A DNA stretch of 64,000 bases from Acidobacteriaceae bacterium. GTDB lineage: Bacteria > Acidobacteriota > Terriglobia > Terriglobales > Acidobacteriaceae. Below the pieces are notes generated by a model that saw only the letters and a program-made list of their open reading frames with translations, had not been told where the DNA came from and ran no database searches. The number at the start of each line of letters is the position of its first letter. Positions within the stretch are counted from its first letter, which is position 1. Below, in pieces: positions 54,864 through 64,000 of this stretch. The translations under genes were made by a program, and so were the position numbers. The DNA is taken from positions 72,070-136,069 of the forward strand of contig CBDAQY010000003.1 of assembly GCA_965199215.1 (NCBI GenBank), read 5' to 3'.

Positions 54864-55084
54864 TGGCCTGTTCTCACTTCGCCCGCTAGATCCACCCAGA
54901 CATTACAAGCATATTTGCTTTAGCTTCCACGCGCACCAACGTGTCATGCATGCCCGCCCCTATTGTTCCGTTGCCTTGACCAGTTAGGGGCATGTTCCGT
55001 TGTCACTCCAGACAGTAGCTTGCTCATATGCCTCGCCCGGCGCGAGCGTGTTCGCATCTGTTTCCGCATTTAGGAGGGTCCCCA

Positions 55085-55387
55085 ATGCACCAGGTTCTCT
55101 GTACTCTTTCCCATGAAGGCAGCGACGTCCGTTGTACCGTCTGCGGCCAGGGTTTTCTCGTCTACTGGTCCCGTTTCTCGCGCGCCGAGCAGGCGGAATG
55201 CCGCCGCGTCGTCCAGGAGCAGCTCCGTGAACATCATGTCTTCGCGAAAGATCCCGGAGCGGATCGCCGCATCCATCCTCGCGCGCCCTTCAACGTTCCC
55301 GATTGGACTGGTCTCCCGCACTTCTCGGCCGCCGCCCTCCTCGGCAACTCCAAATCCATCTCTCTCGAGTTCGAAGACGTAGCCTGA
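55085..55387 (+). CDS. hypothetical protein
   Basis: AGGAGG RBS, 100 aa, single CxxC. No family recognised. Confidence 0.45.
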   Translation: MHQVLCTLSHEGSDVRCTVCGQGFLVYWSRFSRAEQAECRRVVQEQLREHHVFAKDPGADRRIHPRAPFNVPDWTGLPHFSAAALLGNSKSISLEFEDVA

Positions 55388-55553
55388 ACCACAGTTCGTC
55401 GAAGATCGGGTGCCCTGCCTTTTGCGATAGCCTAAAGTCGCTAAAGTGGGGCACAGTTGTGCGCAGCTCCACCATCTCTCCTCCAGCCCAGAACTCCGCA
55501 CAAAATTCATAATCCTTCTGCATCCTCCCTCCGAATCCCTCATCTACTGGATA

Positions 55554-55575
55554 GATACCTCGATATCGAGGTATC
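55554..55575. promoter_or_regulatory. perfect 22-bp palindrome, candidate operator upstream of azoR
   Basis: GATACCTCGATATCGAGGTATC ends 28 bp upstream of the azoR ATG. Confidence 0.5.
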
Positions 55576-55603
55576 GGCAACCCAGCCCCATGAGGAGATT
55601 TAC

Positions 55604-56218
55604 ATGCCCACACTCTTGAAGATCGATGTCAGCCCTCGCGGCGACTACTCCGTATCCCGCAAGCTCTCCGCCAGGTTTGCCGATCAATGGAAGCAGACCC
55701 ACTCAGACGGCACCGTCGTTGTCCGCGATCTGGTCAAGACTGACTTACCTTTCGTCGATCTTCCCTGGATCATGGGCGCTTACACCGCTCCCGATCAGCA
55801 CACCCCGGAACAGAAGTCGGCTATCAAAGTCTCCGACGACCTCATCGCCGAGCTCCTCTCCGCCGATGAGATCGTCATCGCCACCCCCATGTACAACTTC
55901 GCCGTCCCCGCCCTCCTCAAGGCCTGGATCGACCACATCGTCCGCATCAACAAGACTTTCACCGCGCAGTACGAGGGCCTCGCCAAGGGTAGGAAGGTGA
56001 CACTCGTCATCGCCAGCGGCGGCGTCTATGCACCTGGCTCGCACATGGAGAGCTACAACGCCGAGACCAGTTACCTGAAGCAGATCCTTGGCTTCATCGG
56101 CATCACCGATGTGACGGTTGTCCTCGCCGGCGGCACCAATGACGTCAACCAGGGCAAGGTCACCTTGGAAGAGCACATCGCCCCGTATGAGCAGCAGGTC
56201 CTCGCCCTCGCCAGCTGA
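55604..56218 (+). CDS. azoR: FMN-dependent NADH-azoreductase
   Basis: LLKIDVSPRG, ATPMYNFAVPALLKAWIDHIVR. GAGGAG RBS. Confidence 0.85.
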   Translation: MPTLLKIDVSPRGDYSVSRKLSARFADQWKQTHSDGTVVVRDLVKTDLPFVDLPWIMGAYTAPDQHTPEQKSAIKVSDDLIAELLSADEIVIATPMYNFAVPALLKAWIDHIVRINKTFTAQYEGLAKGRKVTLVIASGGVYAPGSHMESYNAETSYLKQILGFIGITDVTVVLAGGTNDVNQGKVTLEEHIAPYEQQVLALAS

Positions 56219-56252
56219 TCCGCCAAACAGTCTGCAAAGCCAGGAACAACTA

Positions 56253-56285
56253 AAAGCCCTCCGTCCGCGCGGAGGGCTTTCTTTG
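56253..56285 (+). terminator. intrinsic terminator downstream of azoR
   Basis: aaagccctccg-tccgcg-cggagggcttt followed by ctttg. Confidence 0.65.
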
Positions 56286-56487
56286 TGGCTGTTAGGCCTC
56301 ATTCGCTCTCAACCACCGGCCCGCGTTGATACCGTCAACTTCTTCTGTGAATAGCTCGTGAAACTGGAGAATGCAAACCTCTTATTAACATTTGCGGAAT
56401 AGCACTGATTGGACAGGGTCCCACGCGCAGGTGTTAGACGGCGCACTCTTCCGGAACCAGACAGCCAACAGTTTTAGGAGCCAGAAA

Positions 56488-58539
56488 ATGAATGTAAATT
56501 CCATATGGAGTAAGGCGTGCGCGTGTGTCGCAATCACTGCGCTCGTACAGCCTTCCTTCGGCCAGTCGGCCGGAGCAATTGAAGCGAAGAGCACCAGGAC
56601 AACCGAGGTCGCTCCTCGTTCGAGCGATGAAGTCGCCAGCAAAATAGTTCTTGCTAGTGGTTCCATTCCCACCGAGGCCGCAAAGCAGGCTCTCCTCAAG
56701 AAGAAGATCAAGTACGTCTTCGTCCTCTTCCAGGAGAACCGGTCCTTTGACTACTACTTCGGCACCTATCCCGGCGCAAACGGCCTCTTCTCAAAGCCCT
56801 CAGCTCAGACCCCGGGCTTCGTCCAGCCGATCGTTGAGACCGACGGCACCGTCGGCACCATCTCGCCCTTCAAGATGCCCCAGAGCGTCGTCAACACCAG
56901 CGGCGCGACCGTCCTCCTATACCCCGAAGATGCCGACTCTGTAAACCACTCGCACGCCGGCATCGACATGAAGTTGAACCTCAACGCCAACCACGTTCCC
57001 CTGAACAACCGCTATGCCGTCACCGAGCAGGGTCTCGCCGGAACCCTCAGCGCCGACGGCACCACCTACACCGGCCCTGCCCCGACCCTCGCGCAGAAGC
57101 AGAAGGGCGAGCTCGTCATGAGCCACGTCGACTGCGACACCGCTCCCTTCCTCTGGAACTACGCGGACCGCTTCACCCTGCTCGATGAGTTCTTCGACAC
57201 CGTCATTGGGCCATCGACGCCGAATGCCATCGCCATGATCGCCGGCCAGTCCGGTGAGACCCAGTGGATCCGTCACCCCGAACTCGCCAGCAACGTCAAC
57301 ATGGCTGCGAACCAGCTGCCTGTCACGGCGGATCCTCAGCCCTTCTGGGGTTCGGCGCTTGACTATCTCACCCCCCCGAACGAGAAGCAGCCCGTCGACA
57401 ATCCCGGCGGTGTTAGCGCAAATCCCTCCTCGAACCTGACCTTCGCCACCCTTCCGCTCTCCTTCATGGGCAACAAGATCGAGACCACCACCGGCAAGGA
57501 TCTCAACCCCGCATTCGACCTGCTCGATGTTCAGGAAGACATCAAGAAGATCGCTGGCGACAACAACAAGCCCACCAACTGGGGATGGTTCCAGGAAGGC
57601 TATGACCATGAGCCGACCGACCCCACCGCCGCAGCCAGCAACACCGACTACATCGCACACCACAACGCTCCTCAATACTTCGGCTACATCGCCAACAACC
57701 CCGAAGAGACCAAGGCGCACATGAAGGGTCTCGGCGACTTCTACACCGCCGTCAAAACCAATGCGCTTCCCGCAGCAGGCGGCGTCTTTTATGTTCGCGG
57801 CGGCTATGGCAACCTCGACGGCCTCGTGCCCCGCGATCCCAGCCCTGCTGTTAAGGCGAACTTCCAGGGCAACGATGATCACCCGGCATACTCCGACGGA
57901 CAGATCAGCGAAGCTCTTCTCGCGGACTCCATCAACGCCATCGCCAGCAGCAAATACTGGAAGGATAGCGCCATCATCATCACCTACGACGAGACCGATG
58001 GTCTCTACGATCACACCCAGCCCATGATCCGCAGCTTCGATCCCAACGGTCTCGGTCTCGATCAGGGTCCCCGCGTTCCCACCATCGTCATCTCGCCCTA
58101 CGCCAAGGCCCACACTATCGATCACGAGCGCAGCGAACACGGCTCGATCATCAAGTTCATCAACTCTCTCTATGACCTCACCCCGCTCGCTGCACTGCCC
58201 GACGAATTCGCCGCCCGCATCAAGGGTGAAAAAGTTTACGGTCAGAGCTACCTCGGACCTTCGGACGGAAGCACGCCGAACGTGAGCAACCTCTACGCCG
58301 CCTTCGACGATGCTCGTCTCGAAGGTACAGCGTCACCGCTTCCCGCCTCCTACGCCATGATCCCTGCTGCCCAGATCACCACTCTCCCGCACTTCGGAGC
58401 TCAGGGTTGCCGCGCACTTCAGATCACCCCCACCGATGTGGTTAATGGCCAGCTCCTCGATCCTGCTCCGGCGGACTTCAACCCCCGCCCCAGCACCAAC
58501 CCCGGTCTGCCGACCTCTGGCACCTGGCCCACCAACTAG
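56488..58539 (+). CDS. phosphoesterase-family protein (phospholipase C / acid phosphatase AcpA-like), secreted
   Basis: Signal peptide, KYVFVLFQENRSFDYYFGTYPGANG and ITYDETDGLYDH blocks. Confidence 0.8.
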   Translation: MNVNSIWSKACACVAITALVQPSFGQSAGAIEAKSTRTTEVAPRSSDEVASKIVLASGSIPTEAAKQALLKKKIKYVFVLFQENRSFDYYFGTYPGANGLFSKPSAQTPGFVQPIVETDGTVGTISPFKMPQSVVNTSGATVLLYPEDADSVNHSHAGIDMKLNLNANHVPLNNRYAVTEQGLAGTLSADGTTYTGPAPTLAQKQKGELVMSHVDCDTAPFLWNYADRFTLLDEFFDTVIGPSTPNAIAMIAGQSGETQWIRHPELASNVNMAANQLPVTADPQPFWGSALDYLTPPNEKQPVDNPGGVSANPSSNLTFATLPLSFMGNKIETTTGKDLNPAFDLLDVQEDIKKIAGDNNKPTNWGWFQEGYDHEPTDPTAAASNTDYIAHHNAPQYFGYIANNPEETKAHMKGLGDFYTAVKTNALPAAGGVFYVRGGYGNLDGLVPRDPSPAVKANFQGNDDHPAYSDGQISEALLADSINAIASSKYWKDSAIIITYDETDGLYDHTQPMIRSFDPNGLGLDQGPRVPTIVISPYAKAHTIDHERSEHGSIIKFINSLYDLTPLAALPDEFAARIKGEKVYGQSYLGPSDGSTPNVSNLYAAFDDARLEGTASPLPASYAMIPAAQITTLPHFGAQGCRALQITPTDVVNGQLLDPAPADFNPRPSTNPGLPTSGTWPTN

Positions 58540-58578
58540 TCGAAAGTGCCTCTTTGTTTGAGCAACGCTTCTCCCTTT

Positions 58579-58613
58579 CGTTTGTCATTCCCAAAGGGAA
58601 TCTGCTTCTTCTG
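58579..58613. repeat. repeat family A (loop variant aaa)
   Basis: cgtttgtcattcccaaagggaatctgcttcttctg. Confidence 0.8.
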
Positions 58614-58650
58614 TTGCCTGTAATGTCTTCGTCAAACTGAAAACTCACCC

Positions 58651-58685
58651 GGCGGTCGAGCCAAAGTCCTCGGCCGCCTTTTACT
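58651..58685 (+). terminator. intrinsic terminator downstream of the phosphoesterase gene
   Basis: ggcggtcgag-ccaaagtc-ctcggccgcc (one G-U pair) followed by ttttacttt. Confidence 0.6.
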
Positions 58686-58722
58686 TTCCCGTATTGCAAT
58701 TCCGATAACCTGACAGGAAATC

Positions 58723-59832
58723 ATGAATCGTCTCTGCCCGACCCTCGTCCCCCTCGCCTTCCTCTTAGCGGTCTCCGTCTCCTGGGCTCAGTCTGCCGCC
58801 CCGCCCACAGCCCCAACTGCTGTCATTCCCAAGGCCCACGCTATCAACCCGGTGGCTGTCGAGCTCATGCCGCTCCCCGCCGGTCCGACGCTCACTAAAG
58901 TCAGGGCGGACAAAGCCCTTTCCTGCGGGGTCGACTTTGAAGAGGTCGAATACACCACCGAGGATGCCCACGGGAACCACTCCCTCTTTGATCTGGACAT
59001 GTGCAAGGCCATCGCCGTCGCTGTCCTTGGTCCCGGCGCAAAGGCCATCATTGTCCCGTACCGCGATGAGATCGACGCCCTCAGAGGCCTGAAGGCGGGA
59101 GAGATCGCCGTCCTCGCCACCGGCTCCCCGAATCTTGTCAACACGTCCAAGGGATTTGGTTTCTCCCGCCCGGTCTTCTACGACTACCAGGGCTTCATGG
59201 TGAACAAGACGCTTGGCATCCATTCCGCGAAAGACCTCGCAGGCAAGAAGACCTGCTTCATCGACGGCTTCGAGATCGCCAGCCAGGTCCAGGGCTACAT
59301 GCCTCGCGAGGCGATCAACTGGATTCCCTTTCCCTTCCAGGAAGAGGGGGAGATGGAAGCGGCCTTCATGACCCGCAACTGCGCTGCCGTCACCGCCGAC
59401 GTCTCCCAGCTCGCCTACGAACGCATCGCCTTCAAAGGCCTTGCCCCGGAGTTCGAGATACTCCCCGATGTCGTCGCCAACGATCCTCTCTCCATCGCAT
59501 ATCGTCTCGACGATCCGCAATGGGCCCTCCTTATGAACTGGATTCCCAACGCTCTCATCCAGGCTGAGCAGTCTGGCGTCACCCAGTCGAACGTCGTCGC
59601 GATGAAGTCTTCGGAAGACCCCGTGATCCAGCGACTCCTGGGCACCCATAAAGGCTGGGGCCAGTTCCTCTCGCTCGACGATGCCTGGGCGGCAAACATG
59701 ATCGAAGCCGTCGGCAACTACGGCCAGATCTTCGAGCGCGACCTCGGTTCAGGCTCCCTCATGCACCTCGCCCGCGGCGATAACAACCTCTCTACCAGGG
59801 GCGGACTCATGGTCGCCGCCCCCATGCGCTAG
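58723..59832 (+). CDS. family-3 amino-acid ABC transporter substrate-binding protein (no permease or ATPase nearby)
   Basis: Signal peptide and AapJ-like blocks (LSCGVDFEEVEY, YDYQGFMV, DGFEIASQ). Confidence 0.75.
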   Translation: MNRLCPTLVPLAFLLAVSVSWAQSAAPPTAPTAVIPKAHAINPVAVELMPLPAGPTLTKVRADKALSCGVDFEEVEYTTEDAHGNHSLFDLDMCKAIAVAVLGPGAKAIIVPYRDEIDALRGLKAGEIAVLATGSPNLVNTSKGFGFSRPVFYDYQGFMVNKTLGIHSAKDLAGKKTCFIDGFEIASQVQGYMPREAINWIPFPFQEEGEMEAAFMTRNCAAVTADVSQLAYERIAFKGLAPEFEILPDVVANDPLSIAYRLDDPQWALLMNWIPNALIQAEQSGVTQSNVVAMKSSEDPVIQRLLGTHKGWGQFLSLDDAWAANMIEAVGNYGQIFERDLGSGSLMHLARGDNNLSTRGGLMVAAPMR

Positions 59833-59866
59833 AAGCAAATCAGCCGTCGAGGTAAAGACTGCGTAT

Positions 59867-59975
59867 TGTTTGTCATTCCTCCCTTTATCATTCCCTCCCT
59901 TTGTCATTCCCAAAGGAAATCCGCTGTTGCTTTTGCTTCACCGTTCATCATTCCCGAAGGCAATCTGCTGTTGCT
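59867..59975. repeat. pile-up of four full or partial family A units
   Basis: tgtcattcctccc / ttatcattccctccc / tttgtcattcccaaaggaaatccgctgttgc / ttcatcattcccgaaggcaatctgctgttgc. Confidence 0.8.
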
Positions 59976-60061
59976 TTTGTTCTTACGCGTTCATCACTGG
60001 ATCACCACAAAAAGCGAGCGCCTCACCACCGCAGCTCCACCGCCATCCTTCCGAGACTCTC

Positions 60062-62284
60062 TCACGGGACAGGCGCCACCACCGTCATACCCTTCTCGGC
60101 GAAGAGCGTCCTGGCTTCCTTCTCTGAAGCCATCTGGTCCGCATGGTCTGGCGAAGCGGCGCTCAAAGTAAAGACTGTCCCCTTCGGGTACTGCTCGATC
60201 TTCTCGCCCAGGAGCGTGATAGACCTCACGTCATACTGGCCAACCTGGTAGTTCTCCGACGTCTCATTCTGGTAGAGCGACACATGGAGAGGCGCGGTCG
60301 CCATCAGCGCAAGCTGTTTCATTTGCTGGCACATCTGTTCGCCCACGCAGCTCTTCACCACGCTCGCAATCAACTGATCGTCGGCCAGCCATCCCTGGTT
60401 GGCGATCAACGCCCTCCCCAGACCAGCACCGACCCAGATCTCCTGATTATTCTTCTGCGCCGTCTCACGATCCTGCGACTCGAGAACTTCCGCCTTACCG
60501 GCCCACATCTCTATCCACTTCGAGTACCGTTCCTGGATCGGCCTTTCGTCTTCCTTCCGTCCATGCCATGCAATATAGAGCAGCGCGTCCATCAATGTTT
60601 GATTGTCAGCATCGTCCAGAGCGGCCATCGCCGCATCCGTCAGCACCGCTCCCGACGCATGAGCAGATACATCCTGAAACAGCGAGTGACTGCATCCCGT
60701 CGTGCCGCCATGAATCGCCCGAGGCAACAGCGGCTTGACACTATCCGGATCGAACCTTACCAGGTAGGCCAGCGCCGCCGCCTGCGGAGCGCAAGCCCAC
60801 GCACCCACTTTGCTGTTCAGCTTGCCCGCCACCTGCGAAGCAGCCGTGCCCCTTCCAAAACGCACCATCAATCCAGCCAGCACAGCTTCTTCTTCTTCGT
60901 CATTGCTCTCCACCAGTCGCTGCGCCCAGACCTCCTCATACTGCGAGAGCGTCTGAGATGCGGCAGACTTTTCCGGTAGATAGAAGAGCGACTGCCCCGT
61001 CAGCAACGGCGTCTCCGATCCAACCTCCGCCACAATCTCCCGCGTCGCACCCTCCGGGTCAAGCTCGTACCAGCGATGCAACGCCGCCGCCTTCAACTCC
61101 CGCCGTGAGTACACGTTCGTGCGCTGGCTCAGCAGGTTGGTCAGCGAGAGCCTCGCCCGGTCCCTCAATGCGGGCAACATCGCCTCAGACCGCAGAGCGT
61201 CCCAACTGTACTCCAACTGCATCGTCTGCTGGTTCTCCGTCAAGTCGAGAAACGACTCCCCCAGCACCGCACCCAGCGAGGCTTTTGCCTCCGCGCTCAA
61301 GTGGTCCGGCTGCCTCACCGTCAGTGTCTGTGCTGTCTCCGCCCGCGCCTTCCCGTCCTTGCGCGCGAGCCCCGCCAGCACCCGCTGCCATGCTTTATCC
61401 CACAGCTGCCCGTAACGTTCATCGATCCCATTCCCGACCGGCGCATCGCCCAGCTCCTCAACGGTTGGCAGCGAATCCAGAAACCACGTGCAGACCGGAA
61501 AATGAGGATCGTCGATCGCCCGTTCCATGGCCTCAAGCCCCATTTCACGCATCGACTCCGGGAGCCCCATCAGCCCGAACGCGCTCTGAGGCATCATGCT
61601 CATCCGGTCCTCGCGAAGGTTGGCCACCAGCACGTCGACCGCCGCCCTGGTCCCCAGATATCTCAGGTCCGCCACTGCGGCCACCCTCCCCGGCGCCACT
61701 ACGCCCATCGTCTCCGGCTCGGCTTTCAGCTCATCGAGTATCGCCGCCAGCTTCTCTGCCTGCCACTCCTTCGTCGCCGCCACAATCTGCACCGAAATAG
61801 GATTAGCCGCGTCGATAGGCCGCCCGCTCATTCCGTGGTGATCTGATCTCTTCAAGTCCACCACCCGGGTGCTGCTCACTGTCACCGTGTAGCTACCGGG
61901 CTGATCAAAGCGCACCCACTGGTTCAGATCGACCTCCAACTCCGTAGGCTTGGCGGACAACTCCTCGATCCCACTCATCCCGCCGCCCATGTAGCCCCTC
62001 GCGAAGTACCGCGCGAGCGGATCGACCCACCCTCCGCCTGGACTGACCTTGAACTCTTCGTAGTGCTCTCTTCCACTGCGGTCGGAAGTCGCATTCGATA
62101 TCTCATACCGCTTCTCTTCCGCCGCCGTGAAGCTCAGCTCCAGTGGAATGCGTTCCCCTACGCGAAACGTCGTCCGGCCGCCCGCGATCTGCACCCGCAG
62201 CACAGGCCCACCCTGCGCGAAAGTCATCGGCACAACCAGCAACGCGCACACATACGCAAGCGTATTTATTCGTAAGCGATTCAA
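60062..62284 (-). CDS. large secreted hypothetical protein
   Basis: TTG at 62284 gives LNRLRINTLAYVCALLVVPMTFAQG, a signal-like N-terminus. A beta-sandwich-like N-terminal part is followed by a long helical part. The track ORF extension to 62506 reads through three repeat elements. Confidence 0.6.
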   Translation of the reverse strand: MNRLRINTLAYVCALLVVPMTFAQGGPVLRVQIAGGRTTFRVGERIPLELSFTAAEEKRYEISNATSDRSGREHYEEFKVSPGGGWVDPLARYFARGYMGGGMSGIEELSAKPTELEVDLNQWVRFDQPGSYTVTVSSTRVVDLKRSDHHGMSGRPIDAANPISVQIVAATKEWQAEKLAAILDELKAEPETMGVVAPGRVAAVADLRYLGTRAAVDVLVANLREDRMSMMPQSAFGLMGLPESMREMGLEAMERAIDDPHFPVCTWFLDSLPTVEELGDAPVGNGIDERYGQLWDKAWQRVLAGLARKDGKARAETAQTLTVRQPDHLSAEAKASLGAVLGESFLDLTENQQTMQLEYSWDALRSEAMLPALRDRARLSLTNLLSQRTNVYSRRELKAAALHRWYELDPEGATREIVAEVGSETPLLTGQSLFYLPEKSAASQTLSQYEEVWAQRLVESNDEEEEAVLAGLMVRFGRGTAASQVAGKLNSKVGAWACAPQAAALAYLVRFDPDSVKPLLPRAIHGGTTGCSHSLFQDVSAHASGAVLTDAAMAALDDADNQTLMDALLYIAWHGRKEDERPIQERYSKWIEMWAGKAEVLESQDRETAQKNNQEIWVGAGLGRALIANQGWLADDQLIASVVKSCVGEQMCQQMKQLALMATAPLHVSLYQNETSENYQVGQYDVRSITLLGEKIEQYPKGTVFTLSAASPDHADQMASEKEARTLFAEKGMTVVAPVP

Positions 62285-62362
62285 GTCCGCACCTCGCCGA
62301 GTCTGCTTACTTAGACTCCGCCACCCGCATTCCTGTTCCCTATGCGACGCGCATACCTGTTG

Positions 62363-62390
62363 CTCCATGTCTCGCTTCTGAGAAATGGGC
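62363..62390 (+). repeat. repeat family C, degenerate
   Basis: ctccatgtctcgcttctgagaaatgggc. Confidence 0.55.
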
Positions 62391-62418
62391 CCTGTCACCT
62401 CGACATCATTCCTGAGGC

Positions 62419-62479
62419 GTGTCTCCTGAGCGGAGCTTCTTGCAGTCTCACCGTAAGAAGCCAGTCGAAGGACCTTTAG
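62419..62479 (+). repeat. repeat family B
   Basis: Head gtgtctcctgagcgg, hairpin gcttctt..aagaagc, tail cagtcgaaggaccttt. Confidence 0.8.
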
Positions 62480-62481
62480 TT

Positions 62482-62510
62482 CGCTTCCGACGGGTGGGAA
62501 CACCACCGCC
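62482..62510 (+). repeat. motif family D
   Basis: cgcttccgacgggtgggaacaccaccgcc. Confidence 0.5.
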
Positions 62511-62540
62511 CAACCCTGCGCTCGAAACAGCCACCCGAGA

Positions 62541-63803
62541 CTACAGCAGCCGTACCGCCACCACCGTCATATCGTCATACTGCTTTGCCTCACCCGCAAA
62601 GCAATCCACCGCATGACACAACTCTTCGGTCAGCAGGTGCAGCCGCGCCCCGGTGTGCGCCTGCACTACGCGATCGACCTCTTCCTCTTCCCAGAAGTCT
62701 CCCGCCTCATTGCAGGCCTCGACCATGCCGTCCGACACCACCACCACCAGGTCTCCCGGTCGCAGCGCAACCGTGCAGCACTCATAGCTCACGACTGGCA
62801 TCATCCCCACCGGCATACCACTCTCCGTAAACCGTTCCAGCGTTCCGTCCGAGTGCAGCAGCAGCGGCTGCACTTGCCCCGCATTCACATAGGTCAGGAA
62901 GCTCCGGTCCGGCGAGATCACTCCGCAAAACAGCGTCGAGTACCGCTCCGCCGTCGAGCTCATATACAGCGTCTCGTTCAGGTCCTGCATCATCTGCGCC
63001 ATGCCATCCGGATTACCCGCCTCGCGCTGTAACAAACTTCGCAGCAGCGTCTGGATGCTGGCCATCATCACCGCCGCCGGAATCCCCTTGCCCGAGACAT
63101 CGCCCAGCGTCACCGCGAAGCTGCCATCCCGCAGCGGCAGCAGATCGTAGTAGTCCCCGCCAATCGACTGTGCCGGCCGGCAATACCCCACGCAATCCAA
63201 CCCATAGACGCCCGTCGGGTTCTCCGGCAGCAGTCGCGCCTGCACATCGTGCGCCAGCGATAGCTCATGCTTCATCAGCTTCGCGCCCAGGGCCTCCCGC
63301 CGCAGCCGTTCGCCCTCGATCGCATTCGCCGCAAAGTGTGCCAGCAAGCCCAGCAGCCCTGCATCGGTCTCCGTAAACGGCATCGGCTTGTTCAACAGTT
63401 GTAGCGCCCCGATCACCCTGCCTTCCGTCCGCAGCGGAACGCAAAGCAGCCGTTTCGTTACATATCCGGTCTTCTGATCGACCTGCCGATGCAGCCGCGG
63501 GTCGTCGTTGATGTCGTTAATCACCAGAACGCGGTCGTCCTGAACGCATGCGCCGACAATTCCCTTACCCAGAGGAATGCGGATCTGGTCGGTCCCATGC
63601 GCCACCTTCGTCCAGAGCTCTTCCGTCTTCGGGTCGATCAGCCACAGGCTGCACCGGTCCGCCCCGACCAGGTCGCGCGCAAAGTCCGCATTCAGCCGAA
63701 TAATCTCATCCGGGTTCTGCTCGCGATCGATCCGCGTCGCATGGCTGAAGATGGCGCGCGTTATATGTTCGGCGCTTGTCTCGTCTGGAGCTTCAGCAAT
63801 CAT
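62541..63803 (-). CDS. GAF-domain sensor fused to a PP2C (SpoIIE-like) phosphatase
   Basis: GAF block (DRCSLWLIDP...GIVGACV) followed by GGDYYD...DVSGKGIPAA...VSDG. Confidence 0.8.
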   Translation of the reverse strand: MIAEAPDETSAEHITRAIFSHATRIDREQNPDEIIRLNADFARDLVGADRCSLWLIDPKTEELWTKVAHGTDQIRIPLGKGIVGACVQDDRVLVINDINDDPRLHRQVDQKTGYVTKRLLCVPLRTEGRVIGALQLLNKPMPFTETDAGLLGLLAHFAANAIEGERLRREALGAKLMKHELSLAHDVQARLLPENPTGVYGLDCVGYCRPAQSIGGDYYDLLPLRDGSFAVTLGDVSGKGIPAAVMMASIQTLLRSLLQREAGNPDGMAQMMQDLNETLYMSSTAERYSTLFCGVISPDRSFLTYVNAGQVQPLLLHSDGTLERFTESGMPVGMMPVVSYECCTVALRPGDLVVVVSDGMVEACNEAGDFWEEEEVDRVVQAHTGARLHLLTEELCHAVDCFAGEAKQYDDMTVVAVRLL

Positions 63804-64000
63804 GCAGACACCTTTCCTGGAGTTAACGATCTGGCTTTTGGAATGTATACCAAACAGCTTAGCGTCTGAAGTGGAGATTTGTCCCTGAAAACCGGGCCAG
63901 CGGGCGGGAATCGTAACTCTGGCTCCGAAAGGACGTAACATGGGAGTGAATCGAGCGTCAGGAACGTTGCACTCTTGAAGGCCACTGCCGACAAATCCCA

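Noticed and set aside
58723-59832. ABC transporter operon
   Set aside because: Only the substrate-binding protein is present. No permease or ATPase genes are adjacent, so no transporter system is called.
59867-59990. Possible small CRISPR array (several similar ~25-30 bp units in a row)
   Set aside because: Units are unequal in length and sequence, there are no uniform spacers, and the same unit is scattered singly around the window. No cas genes are present. It is a pile-up of family A interspersed repeats.

Overview
High-GC bacterial chromosomal window covering the replication-origin neighbourhood. dnaA, dnaN, rpmH, rnpA, yidD, yidC and jag are all present. However, the usual rpmH-rnpA-yidD-yidC-jag and dnaA-dnaN strings are interrupted at almost every junction by opposite-strand genes. 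Gene content (TIGR03436-like VWA protein, secreted GH13/GH39/GH1 hydrolases, DUF892 stress proteins, PP2C sensor phosphatases) and several distinctive short interspersed repeat families suggest an Acidobacteriota (Terriglobia-like) genome; this is inference only. I support about 57 CDS. I saw no rRNA, tRNA, CRISPR array, transposase or integrase. The best candidates for a second look are these. (1) A radical-SAM plus DUF4130-UdgX-type glycosylase-fold operon (19379-22271) whose joint function is still unassigned, with a duplicated CGAAC..GTTCACG motif in its promoter region. (2) Interspersed repeat elements sitting in frame inside essential genes: a 24-bp tandem array plus a repeat unit inside mutS2, and a hairpin repeat inside the TGS domain of thrS. 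(3) A repeat family with conserved flanks and a hairpin whose sequence differs in every copy. (4) A HicB-fold/PIN toxin-antitoxin pair wedged inside an lpd-lipB gene string. (5) Two long ORF-free tracts flanking dnaA, the dnaN-side one being a candidate oriC. (6) Several low-GC orphan genes, an orphan T4-type lysozyme and a secreted protein with a Gly/Tyr-rich tail. All family assignments come from reading the translations and recalling motifs; no database search was run. Start codons were chosen from RBS and alignment logic and are less certain than stop codons.
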